From a virus: a stretch of 64,000 bases of DNA. The notes beneath the pieces are model-generated. The model did not search any database. It was not told where the DNA came from and saw nothing but the letters and a program-made list of their open reading frames with translations. Where the stretch lies: the IMG/VR virus record IMGVR_UViG_3300028571_000830, positions 1 through 64,000 of that record; one strand, written 5' to 3'. Of this stretch, positions 55,701 to 63,624 are shown one piece after another; the first letter of the stretch is position 1; each line of letters starts with the position of its first letter. A program made the position numbers and the translations under genes.

Positions 55701-58202
55701 AAGAATATCTCCTAAGAATGGTTGACCAAAAGAAGTTTCTGGAGAGTTGAATACATGTCTATATTTAGAACCATCTGTATTAAATCCATCTAAGTTTTTA
55801 GGAACACAGATATCATAACCAACAGATCCCACTTCAACAATAGTATAATTCTTAGCTCCTCCTACTACCCATTCAGGAATAACTAAAGAATTAACTCTAG
55901 TGGCTCCTGTCACTCCTATTAAAGTTTTATTAGGAGGTTGTGTACAACAATCCACTGATGGGGCAGCATCTATACTGCAATAAGCACAAAGAGAAGGATA
56001 AGGTGCAGGACTTCCACAAGTAAAGCCAGGTTTTTCCCCTATAGTGGGAAAGTGTATATTAAAACTTGCAGAAAAAGAACCAACAGGAAGGATTTCATAT
56101 ATCTTATATGTATGACATTCAAAGCATCCCTTACCACTAATAATTTTTGGAGAAGGAAAATCAAGACAACAGAAGTTTAAAGTTTCTCCTACAGATGTAG
56201 CTTGTTTTGTAACGATTGTATTTGTATAACAATCTATATATTCAACTGTGAATATACCAGCACTGAGTTCTGTAACAGTTACACTAAAGTTTCTACATAT
56301 GGCATTACCACCATCTTTTGCATTTGCTGTATAGGCATTGTTTTGAGCTAGTAAGAATGGATCTATAGAAAGATCATTATAAGGATAGTTAGGATAGTAG
56401 TATTCTGTTCCTTCTCTATCATACTTACCAACATTTCTAAGAATACCTTTTGCAACAATAGATCTGTTTGTATTTCTATTACCTCTTACAATCTTAAAGC
56501 CTTCTATATTATCTTTTTCAGTTTGTGAAAGACCTGATTGACCAATCAATGCTGTTATTTGTGATAAGTCTACACTTACACCAATAGGATATATAGCATC
56601 CTTTTGTACAGTCATTGCTCCTGGAGAGGAGAATATAGCTGACTCATAAATAGGACTTATAAGAGCATCTGGAAACTTATGATGTCTAATTGGTTGGTTT
56701 GATAAGTCTCCCCAAACTAATTCATTACATGGATAGGTTTCTGTTGATTCCCAATAAGCAAATTCACCATATTGGTAATTACCTTTATAGCTAGTTGATG
56801 TGTTATACTCTGGAGAAAATCCTGTTACAGTGGCACTGTTATATATCTTCCACCAAGGACTAGTTCCTGTAAGAGGATCTGGTTCTCCTATAAAATCATT
56901 GTTGGTAGGAGATACAGGAGATAAGTCATTACCATTTGCACTTCTGCCTGGAATATGAAAACCATCAGTTTGTTTACCATTTTTTAATAAGAATACAATT
57001 TCAAATGCATACACCTCATCACGCATGTACCCACGAAGGTTAGTTGCGTTAAGTCCATCAGCATAAGTTTCTGTATTAGGAATTCTATATGATTGCCATT
57101 GAAGAGTTATTTGATTTGCTATTCTTTGGTAATTAACTTTATCTATAGATGTTAATTGATCCCACACAAGAATGTCTCTCACCGTTGTAACATCTTGAGC
57201 TATTTCATAATATGGAAACTTCTCAAAAATGTCTTGTAGCGTTAGTCTTATTTGTTCTTGATTTTGTCCAGTGTAAGTTATCACTGTTGAAACTTCATCA
57301 ATAAAATATGTACCAATTAATTCTACAGATGTAATAGCGTTAATAGTCTTTATAACAGCTAAGTTATAATATTGCCATTGTCCTGTTACATCTAGATTAG
57401 ATATAGTGAGGTCAATAGATCTACCCACTGGATAATTAAAATTAGGAGTGGTGAGTTGTGGATCAGAAATAGGTGTGGGATTGGTTACTGAATAATAAGA
57501 AGAATAACCAAATCCTATAGCATCTGAATATTGAATAGCAAATTGATATGTACCAGCAATTAAGTCTCCACCACTATTGATGTCAGTGATCTCTAACTGA
57601 GGAATAGAAAAATTAGGTTGAAGTAATAATTGATTACAGTCAAGTTCTTCAGTAAATTGTGGATCACATAAATCTGAAAAATAAGTTTGAATGTAAGGAA
57701 TATTATCTATATCTAGATATCTTCTAGGATTTAATCCATCAGTCCAATAAATTTCTGTAGTACAGTTTGTTATCTTGTGTACTGATTTATGAATAGGATT
57801 GTTAATATTAAAGTTTAAACATTTAGCATTAACAAGAGTGCGATATACACAATCATTGTTATCCATATATCCTATTTCAGAATCTTCTGTTTCAGGATTT
57901 ACAATAAAGAATATATGTTTATTTTTTTCAAATATAGAATGAGTACCAATCAGTTGATATCCTTCAGGAAAATTAAAGCAAAGCTCATTCCCTGGTTCAT
58001 TTTGATAATTAACAGAATTTGCATCAAAGTTTTCTACAGCAGCATTTAAAGCATACGTAAGACTGCCTTTGTTAATCTGATTAATAGATTGATCTAAATT
58101 TAATCCAACAGTGGCACTGTTATATTCTTGATTAACAGAACTACTATCAGGACTAACTAAATTCTTTATTTTGCTAACTATATTATTGTTATCTTCTGCC
58201 AT
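52746..58202 (-). CDS. Tail stabilization/muzzle protein (crAss-like) with poly-Thr insertion
   Basis: GLNLD...YALNA, IYWTDGLNPRR, YMRDEVYAF, IRHHKFP, FGGDTFI, WISFHSYLP; mucin-like segment near the C-terminus. Confidence 0.75.
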   Translation of the reverse strand: MAEDNNNIVSKIKNLVSPDSSSVNQEYNSATVGLNLDQSINQINKGSLTYALNAAVENFDANSVNYQNEPGNELCFNFPEGYQLIGTHSIFEKNKHIFFIVNPETEDSEIGYMDNNDCVYRTLVNAKCLNFNINNPIHKSVHKITNCTTEIYWTDGLNPRRYLDIDNIPYIQTYFSDLCDPQFTEELDCNQLLLQPNFSIPQLEITDINSGGDLIAGTYQFAIQYSDAIGFGYSSYYSVTNPTPISDPQLTTPNFNYPVGRSIDLTISNLDVTGQWQYYNLAVIKTINAITSVELIGTYFIDEVSTVITYTGQNQEQIRLTLQDIFEKFPYYEIAQDVTTVRDILVWDQLTSIDKVNYQRIANQITLQWQSYRIPNTETYADGLNATNLRGYMRDEVYAFEIVFLLKNGKQTDGFHIPGRSANGNDLSPVSPTNNDFIGEPDPLTGTSPWWKIYNSATVTGFSPEYNTSTSYKGNYQYGEFAYWESTETYPCNELVWGDLSNQPIRHHKFPDALISPIYESAIFSSPGAMTVQKDAIYPIGVSVDLSQITALIGQSGLSQTEKDNIEGFKIVRGNRNTNRSIVAKGILRNVGKYDREGTEYYYPNYPYNDLSIDPFLLAQNNAYTANAKDGGNAICRNFSVTVTELSAGIFTVEYIDCYTNTIVTKQATSVGETLNFCCLDFPSPKIISGKGCFECHTYKIYEILPVGSFSASFNIHFPTIGEKPGFTCGSPAPYPSLCAYCSIDAAPSVDCCTQPPNKTLIGVTGATRVNSLVIPEWVVGGAKNYTIVEVGSVGYDICVPKNLDGFNTDGSKYRHVFNSPETSFGQPFLGDILKLENVMFGAGRAHFVQVRKNALYKMISREAQEDALKSSTDIASITGSLDASVLFAAYQSYLTIYINGITRRNYAYSFNSIGSYDYSGYIDNAATSADGVLGIKQRTLDIAQYLIPGVQSVGDDKNINNWQRESSVYLKTDDAKPPLPFPDKTPSIAPSGIPMVTDDSRFVLSEKDCSKPEEISSTSVVSYYASLKNQFVNQWGQIYSYDTIDTGFQRDITPILAPVYDTVFGGDTFISKFAFKTKLPFFIDNRVGAPDDSDIYYDEIGNVAYPEYWFSARSVLSDVSVDGINLRNFISIKAHNLDCPNSQTPETNPGRTFYDGKMYLFAYGIPYFYCESGYNVDLRQAFNNKEGDFWPHVSTDIPDDWVQESNVTIAQDNTYYYNTTFSKQNTENFFSHLPINWTPDLCKTVFPFRAIYSDPQISTVGNIVNNWLIYRAVSYFDFPQNYGNLTSLDGIENKAVLARFDNKSLLYNTLLTINTSNPQAAYVGNSRLFESSPAIDFAETDLGYVGSQNKMLLKIPQGQITIDAKRGQVFLIAGNQATDLTGFGSGMNRWFTDHLAFEIIKYFPEVDTDNHFTGVGLHGVFDSKYDRIIITKLDYIPKTNNIIYDSITKEYYVKEIVNDVEILTQVYLTDLDYFCNKSWSVSFNFNTKSWISFHSYLPNWYVAENNFFYSGLNDCCSEIDAIVGELVPQPTTTTTTTIAIDCRLAGTVVAYNCELAGTAELPATTTTTTTVLYCDLGGTAEEVPTPTTTTTTTVAPTTTTTTTTLEPTTTTTTTTIEPTTTTTTTTIEPTTTTTTTQSPTQISILVVDMYDNTSLDVCAYIDTLGVTPSSNIVSAVGALNFYVPGDAAANAYLLSSDNIVPSPSLTRRFEWNINRLHFEYPNQTTYPTFTLQVRGRAASSAAVSGEYSLKFPNQTMTMTGSLGSYIPSVTPAGGPTPTPWSSNVISGANGTVGTSVGNLILTFVYTRATNTINVTTY
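53292..53450 (-). repeat. 33-bp tandem repeat encoding (E/A)P-T7/8-(I/L/V) mucin-like units
   Basis: TGTTGTAGTGGTGGTTGTAGTGGGTTCAATTGT repeated exactly twice, plus 2-3 diverged copies. Confidence 0.85.
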
Positions 58203-58210
58203 GGTTAATT

Positions 58211-59185
58211 TTAGTTATTTCTTCTTCCGAATCTATTAGTTCTATTAGGAAGTTCATACATATTAAACCTATTCAGATCATTTTTAATTCTTCTCTGTTT
58301 AGTCCAAGCATCTTGTTTCTTTATTTCAATATCAGCCATGATGAATGCCTCATCACAAAGTTGTTTATAATAAAGCATCTTTTGCTGTATCTGATTAAAT
58401 GTTTCATCATTGATTTGGTTAGATAAAGTTTCAAAAACTTTATACTTAATAAATGCCTCAACAAATTCTCTAATACGATAGTTATCAGGAATCATTTGAT
58501 TACCTCCACTATCATATTCTGTAGCATACATAATTAAATGTACAATACCATTTCTAAAATTAGTTACAAACTTATTATCTCTAACATCAAATGAATCATA
58601 ACTAGAAGATCCTGGAGTAAAGTTTCTATTATTAGTAGATGTATTTTCTGTAAGTGCCCAAGCATTTGTGTACTCTACACTACAGTTTTGTCTTGCAGAA
58701 ATATTACCTGGTTTTAATAAATATTGTCTTTGATAAGATCTTGGAGTAGAACTATTAGTCTTGTAAACAGCTTGAATAAGTTCAGGCATACAATTGCCAT
58801 CGCACTCAGGATTACGACATGATGGACTGTTACAAGGTGTACCTCCTATAGTTAAAGGAGCCACTTGAATAGTGGTGAGTGAAGCAGCTTGAGAATAAAA
58901 TGAACTAGCATCTTGATAAGGTCTCATAGAGATTTCAGCACACATCCAAGCTTCTCTAACAGCAAAAAAGTTATCTGGTAGTCTAGCTTCAAAATCTTCA
59001 ATTACTAAAGCTTGTTCACTTATAACATAAGTGGCTCTTCCTAGTTTTCTAAGACACTTATCAAGATAGGTGGGAAACATTAAGTCATCCACAGCACCTG
59101 TATCCATATATGACTTAAGTTCTTCTTTTACTATACTATATACAGGTTCAGGAGAAACAAAATTATATTTATAATAGTAACTCAT
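58211..59185 (-). CDS. Putative tail ring/tubular (head-tail connector) protein
   Basis: ARLPDNF, FVTNFRNG.V.L.Y, MIPDN; position upstream of the muzzle gene as in crAss-like phages. Confidence 0.6.
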   Translation of the reverse strand: MSYYYKYNFVSPEPVYSIVKEELKSYMDTGAVDDLMFPTYLDKCLRKLGRATYVISEQALVIEDFEARLPDNFFAVREAWMCAEISMRPYQDASSFYSQAASLTTIQVAPLTIGGTPCNSPSCRNPECDGNCMPELIQAVYKTNSSTPRSYQRQYLLKPGNISARQNCSVEYTNAWALTENTSTNNRNFTPGSSSYDSFDVRDNKFVTNFRNGIVHLIMYATEYDSGGNQMIPDNYRIREFVEAFIKYKVFETLSNQINDETFNQIQQKMLYYKQLCDEAFIMADIEIKKQDAWTKQRRIKNDLNRFNMYELPNRTNRFGRRNN

Positions 59186-59194
59186 AATATTAAA

Positions 59195-59671
59195 TTATTT
59201 TTTCCACTCTTGATAGAGATATTGATATTTATCCTCAATTTTAAGGAAATGTGATAGTAGTCTTGATGTAGCTCTTGAAGGTTTAAAGTACCATAGTTCT
59301 AGATGTTTGAATCTAGCTGTATCTTTAAACCACATCCATCCAAAGAAGTAGCCTTCTGTATGGTAGTTGAAGTTATAAATTACTTTACCCTTCTCTTTAG
59401 TCTTTTGCCAATCTATAGGAAGATTGATAAACTCTTTACCGTTTATACCTTTAATTTTTTTTCTTTTCTTTTTGTTAATGGAGAATTCTCCAAATCCAAA
59501 AGGAAGTTTTGCTCTTTCACCAGTTTCTAGAATGTATTCTTTATAAGATTCATTAAATGCATATATTATAACTTTCCATTCATCAAATGATATCTTTATA
59601 GAACTATGTTTCTTACAAAAGTTGTTATAATTATCTTTGCTAGAACTTCTCCAATCAACTCTCGTTCTCAA
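59195..59671 (-). CDS. IHF/HU-like DNA-binding protein (crAss-type)
   Basis: ILETGERAKLPFGFGEFSINKKK; IDWQKTKE...NYHTEGY; FKPSR. Confidence 0.65.
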   Translation of the reverse strand: MRTRVDWRSSSKDNYNNFCKKHSSIKISFDEWKVIIYAFNESYKEYILETGERAKLPFGFGEFSINKKKRKKIKGINGKEFINLPIDWQKTKEKGKVIYNFNYHTEGYFFGWMWFKDTARFKHLELWYFKPSRATSRLLSHFLKIEDKYQYLYQEWKK

Positions 59672-59677
59672 GTTATA

Positions 59678-60406
59678 TTATCTTGTTGGTGGTACATTGG
59701 CAGCCTGACCATCTAGATTATCTGATGTAATGTCAGTTTTTAATTGGAAGTAGGTGGACAAGAGCTTTTGTGATGTTAACTCTAACACTTGCTTCTCTAG
59801 ATATCCTGGAAGAGAAAATGGTTTATCCAATGGATTCATACACCAATCTTCATCAGATGGTCCACAACCCCCACATCCAGTTTCAGGATACATAAGTTCA
59901 TTAGGAACTTCTTGTTCAAAACAAGCAGCAAGTCTAATTGCTTGAAGCAATGGGTTATTTACATATAGATAATCATTTAATATCCAATAGTATTCTTCCT
60001 TCTTTATAATTGGAAGCTTTATCAGATTTGTATATCTGTTGATAGTTATCTCTTTTAGTTTAGTTCCTGTGCCTCCCATAGCATTAATAGAATAAACTCC
60101 TTGAATAAGATATTGATAATTTCCTTCAGATATACGAGGAATTTTGTATTTAGTTCTAGCAACGTTACAAGGATCTTGATAATCACAACATTCAGAAATA
60201 GGAACTTCAATCATTTCAAGACATGGGATAGTAGTGAATAGAGTACTAGTAGCCCAAAGTTTTCTAAGATTAGTCTCTCTCTTAATCAATAAGATACTAT
60301 TATTACGTATCTCAGAAGCAATAGCTCTATCTGTCAGTAAACTATCTGTTGATAGGATTTTATGCATAGAACGTACATCTGAAACTAACTTTCTTAATGT
60401 TGCCAT
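59678..60406 (-). CDS. Putative tail ring/adaptor protein
   Basis: TIPCLEMIEV...CC...C..ARTKYKIP; YYWILNDYLY; position in the tail module. Confidence 0.6.
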   Translation of the reverse strand: MATLRKLVSDVRSMHKILSTDSLLTDRAIASEIRNNSILLIKRETNLRKLWATSTLFTTIPCLEMIEVPISECCDYQDPCNVARTKYKIPRISEGNYQYLIQGVYSINAMGGTGTKLKEITINRYTNLIKLPIIKKEEYYWILNDYLYVNNPLLQAIRLAACFEQEVPNELMYPETGCGGCGPSDEDWCMNPLDKPFSLPGYLEKQVLELTSQKLLSTYFQLKTDITSDNLDGQAANVPPTR

Positions 60407-60409
60407 TAT

Positions 60410-61609
60410 TTACAATCTAAATTCAAATTCACTTATTTTTCCTAAAGTTTTATCATAAACTAAAGCTAACCCAGCTCTAATTGAATGTACAAAATTATTA
60501 TCTAAATGCCATCTATCAGTTCCTGAAAGACTAGGCATTTGTTGTATTCTCACTCCTTTAACTTCTTTAGCCATATAGTGATGTTTATCTCCTGTATGCA
60601 CTTCTCTATATTTAGCATTACCAAAATCTTGGCTATATTGAGGATGTGTTGCAAATAGTAGAGGAAGATCTTCCACTTTACAATTACCATGATGATAACC
60701 AATAAAAGTGTTTCCTAATACAACAGTTTTAACTACACTATGTTCTCTATCAAAATAAATATTATCATCTTGAGCGAAATAAACTTGGAGGGCGTGTGCT
60801 AAATAATATGATTTAGTTCTATCATGATTACCTTGAACTAATACAATGTGCAGTTTACTACACACCTTTTTCATCATAGTGATTGTATCTACAAGTAGAG
60901 CAAATCCCAATTCATACTCATCAGCATAATTAACAATAGTATCTTGTGGAGTACCATTAGTAGTTTGGTTTTGGTAGTTATCTGTGTGAAAGAAATCATT
61001 AGACACTGGAAATACAATTGTATCTATATCATAAACTGCTTTTACATCATAGACTAATGTTGTAGCTGCTGAAAAATATCTATTACATCTTGTAGTCATA
61101 GAATTATCCCCATCTACATGACTTTTAGCCAAATGATAATCAGACAAAGATATTTCAACATCAACTGTTCTATCAATAAAATTAAGTTTAGGTTGTATTT
61201 GTTCTTTGTAATTAGACTTATAATTTTCTAAAAACTTTGCAAAATCTTCAGGAGTATAATCGTTTGGTTTTTTAAGTTTGGAAAATACTGAAGATGTAAA
61301 TTTTCCATTGGGAAGTAATTTAGACCAATAGTTTGTAATGATATATTTATCTAAATTAATCTTATGTAATCTAGCTAACTCAATATCATTTTTAGGTTCA
61401 TAACTTAGTATTAATGTACTTTCTATTGTTCCTGTTTCATTGTTCACTTTACGAGTTGATTGATAATCTACATTATTGTTTTTCAACTGGTTAAGTAAAT
61501 TATTAACTTCCATCTCACTAATTCCAAGCTTTTTGGCATAAAAACTTTTACTTCCTTTTTGCTTCAACAGTCTTTTTAACTGATATAGAAGCTCTTGGTT
61601 TTCAGACAT
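60410..61609 (-). CDS. Calcineurin-like metallophosphoesterase with N-terminal HTH
   Basis: SDYHL, NDFFH, GNHD, HHG, GDKHH motifs. Confidence 0.85.
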   Translation of the reverse strand: MSENQELLYQLKRLLKQKGSKSFYAKKLGISEMEVNNLLNQLKNNNVDYQSTRKVNNETGTIESTLILSYEPKNDIELARLHKINLDKYIITNYWSKLLPNGKFTSSVFSKLKKPNDYTPEDFAKFLENYKSNYKEQIQPKLNFIDRTVDVEISLSDYHLAKSHVDGDNSMTTRCNRYFSAATTLVYDVKAVYDIDTIVFPVSNDFFHTDNYQNQTTNGTPQDTIVNYADEYELGFALLVDTITMMKKVCSKLHIVLVQGNHDRTKSYYLAHALQVYFAQDDNIYFDREHSVVKTVVLGNTFIGYHHGNCKVEDLPLLFATHPQYSQDFGNAKYREVHTGDKHHYMAKEVKGVRIQQMPSLSGTDRWHLDNNFVHSIRAGLALVYDKTLGKISEFEFRL

Positions 61610-61684
61610 ATATAGTCGAGTTTAGATAAAAATTTAGTAAAGATACAAAATAGTTTTTTAAAATACCAAATAATTTAAACCAAC

Positions 61685-61714
61685 TACGTTATTGTCTATA
61701 ATCAAATTAGTTAT
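61685..61714. promoter_or_regulatory. Copy 3 of the 30-bp repeated intergenic motif
   Basis: TACGTTATTGTCTATAATCAAATTAGTTAT; TATCTTTA -7-like element at 61638-61645 on the minus strand. Confidence 0.6.
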
Positions 61715-61736
61715 AAAATAAAAAACTCCTGAGAAA

Positions 61737-62351
61737 TTAAATAATTTGTATTTTTTCTATATATGCTTTTTTTATAAATTTTTGTATAGAGTTATAATAT
61801 TCTACACAAATAGGGTGAGAAAATTTATTTCTTTTTTTAACATTTTCAGATGCAGGTAACAGTTGAAGATTGCTTAAGCTATTAATTAAGTAAACAGGAG
61901 TTTCTTTAATAAACCAAGACACAGGTACTTTATGATCTATATGATAATTTTCTGGAATATTTCCAAATTTAATAACAAAGCAAGACTTAGTCCATCCTAA
62001 ATAATCTTTAGATAATTTAAGTTTAGATTCATTTTTATAATTTAAAGTTCTCCAAACAAGATTATTAATAGATTTAATTTCTTTAGTATTATTAGTTGTT
62101 CTTTCTATTTTAGGTTTTATTGTATAATATTTATGTTGATTTTTTATATTGTACTCTTTTAAATATTGTTTACGACTAGGAGTAATAATTCTTTTATAGG
62201 ATGATTGGTATAGTTTTCTATTATAGTTTTTACTTTTGTAATACTCTTGTCTACAAAGTTTACAATAACAATCTAAACCATCTTTACTGTTTTTCCTTTT
62301 ACCAAAGTCAAGGTTAGGTTTAAGAGTTTTACATTTTATACAATTTTTCAT
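61737..62351 (-). CDS. Free-standing HNH homing endonuclease
   Basis: CIKC...DGLDCYCKLC Zn finger; HIDHKVP...SNLQLLPASENVKK. Confidence 0.85.
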   Translation of the reverse strand: MKNCIKCKTLKPNLDFGKRKNSKDGLDCYCKLCRQEYYKSKNYNRKLYQSSYKRIITPSRKQYLKEYNIKNQHKYYTIKPKIERTTNNTKEIKSINNLVWRTLNYKNESKLKLSKDYLGWTKSCFVIKFGNIPENYHIDHKVPVSWFIKETPVYLINSLSNLQLLPASENVKKRNKFSHPICVEYYNSIQKFIKKAYIEKIQII

Positions 62352-62367
62352 TTTATGTTAAAATAAT

Positions 62368-62399
62368 AAGCCCCCAGTAATTTTCATACTAAGGGGCTT
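62368..62399 (-). terminator. Probable intrinsic terminator upstream of the HNH gene
   Basis: Minus strand AAGCCCCTTAGTA-loop-TACTGGGGGCTT followed by ATTATTTT. Confidence 0.55.
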
Positions 62400-62469
62400 G
62401 ATTTAGTAAGAAAACCAACAAACTTACTAAATAATTACTGTAAAACCAACAAAACAGGATTTTTGTATT

Positions 62470-63075
62470 TTAAAAACAATCTGTTTGACCTGATATTACT
62501 AATGTATTACTATAATATGCTGTATATAAATCAGTTGGATTTGACCCTAATGAATACGATAGGTATTTATTATATGCTGCTGTATCATCAAATGGAACTA
62601 ATAGACTACTATCATTAAAGAATTGTGTCACTCCTAAAGAAGTAGTAGATACTGCATACACTGCTAATTGTGGAGATCCATATGAAACCCAACCTGACCC
62701 TGATTGATTACAAGCCTCTCCTGAAATGTCACCATATCCATATAATCCATATAAAGTTCCCTCTACTGGTAGAGTAGTTGTTGTAGTTGTAGTGCTAGTG
62801 GATGTTGTACTAGATGTTGTACTAGATGTTGTACTAGATGTTGTAGTGGTGGTAGTGCCACCAACAATTAAATCAATGTAATTAGTACATATAGAATCAG
62901 ATTTCACTCTTATCACTATAGTTCCATTTGGAACTAAAGAAGAAGTGTATCCTGATACTAAAGAAGCTTTAGGTACATTATTTTCAAAAGGAACTACAAA
63001 TCCATCTACATCTGAATACAAATCAAATGGTCCTGTATCAGAACCTGCTATTGTTAATGTTATTAATACTGTCAT
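62470..63075 (-). CDS. Virion protein: Ig-like N-domain, Thr/Ser linker, C-domain
   Basis: ITLTIAGSDTGPFDLY...CTNYIDL; GGTTTTTTSSTTSSTTSSTTSTSTTTTTTTLP. Confidence 0.75.
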   Translation of the reverse strand: MTVLITLTIAGSDTGPFDLYSDVDGFVVPFENNVPKASLVSGYTSSLVPNGTIVIRVKSDSICTNYIDLIVGGTTTTTTSSTTSSTTSSTTSTSTTTTTTTLPVEGTLYGLYGYGDISGEACNQSGSGWVSYGSPQLAVYAVSTTSLGVTQFFNDSSLLVPFDDTAAYNKYLSYSLGSNPTDLYTAYYSNTLVISGQTDCF

Positions 63076-63108
63076 AATTTTTTATTTTTAGTTTTAATTA
63101 AAAACTTC

Positions 63109-63615
63109 TTATTGCTCTACTTCTTGTGCAACACCCGCTAAATTACAAGATAGCACTGTTGTGGTGGTAGTGGTTGTAGGTGTTTGAGTAGTGGTGGTGG
63201 TAGTTGTGCTTGTACTTGATGTAGTAGTTGTAGTTGGTGCTACAGTAGTTGTGGTAGTAGTAGTTGTTGGTGCTATTGTAGTTGTTGTAGTAGTTGTGCT
63301 ACTAGTGGAAGAAGATGTTGTTGTTGTAGTAGGTGTAATAGAACAAGAAGCTACTAATTGACAAAAGTATGCCTGAAGAAGAGGAGTGTTCTCAATTGTA
63401 TCTATAATATGTGCTATAAATTCATCAGAGCACATTCTATTATCTATCTTTTGTAAAGCCACCTCTAGATTATCTTTTGATTGAATTCCTGTACAAGGTA
63501 AATTTGGACCATTGTATATAATTTGAAAACTAGATATACAAGGATCATTACATGCAAATGGAAATGCAATTCTATAAGCATCATTGTAACAAGGCATTCC
63601 TGGTAAACAAGACAT
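63109..63615 (-). CDS. Cys-rich virion protein with long poly-Thr tail
   Basis: IIYNGPNLPCTGIQSKDNLEVALQKID anchor shared with the fibre genes; about 60-aa Thr/Ser tract. Confidence 0.8.
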   Translation of the reverse strand: MSCLPGMPCYNDAYRIAFPFACNDPCISSFQIIYNGPNLPCTGIQSKDNLEVALQKIDNRMCSDEFIAHIIDTIENTPLLQAYFCQLVASCSITPTTTTTSSSTSSTTTTTTTIAPTTTTTTTTVAPTTTTTSSTSTTTTTTTQTPTTTTTTTVLSCNLAGVAQEVEQ

Positions 63616-63624
63616 AGTATAAAT

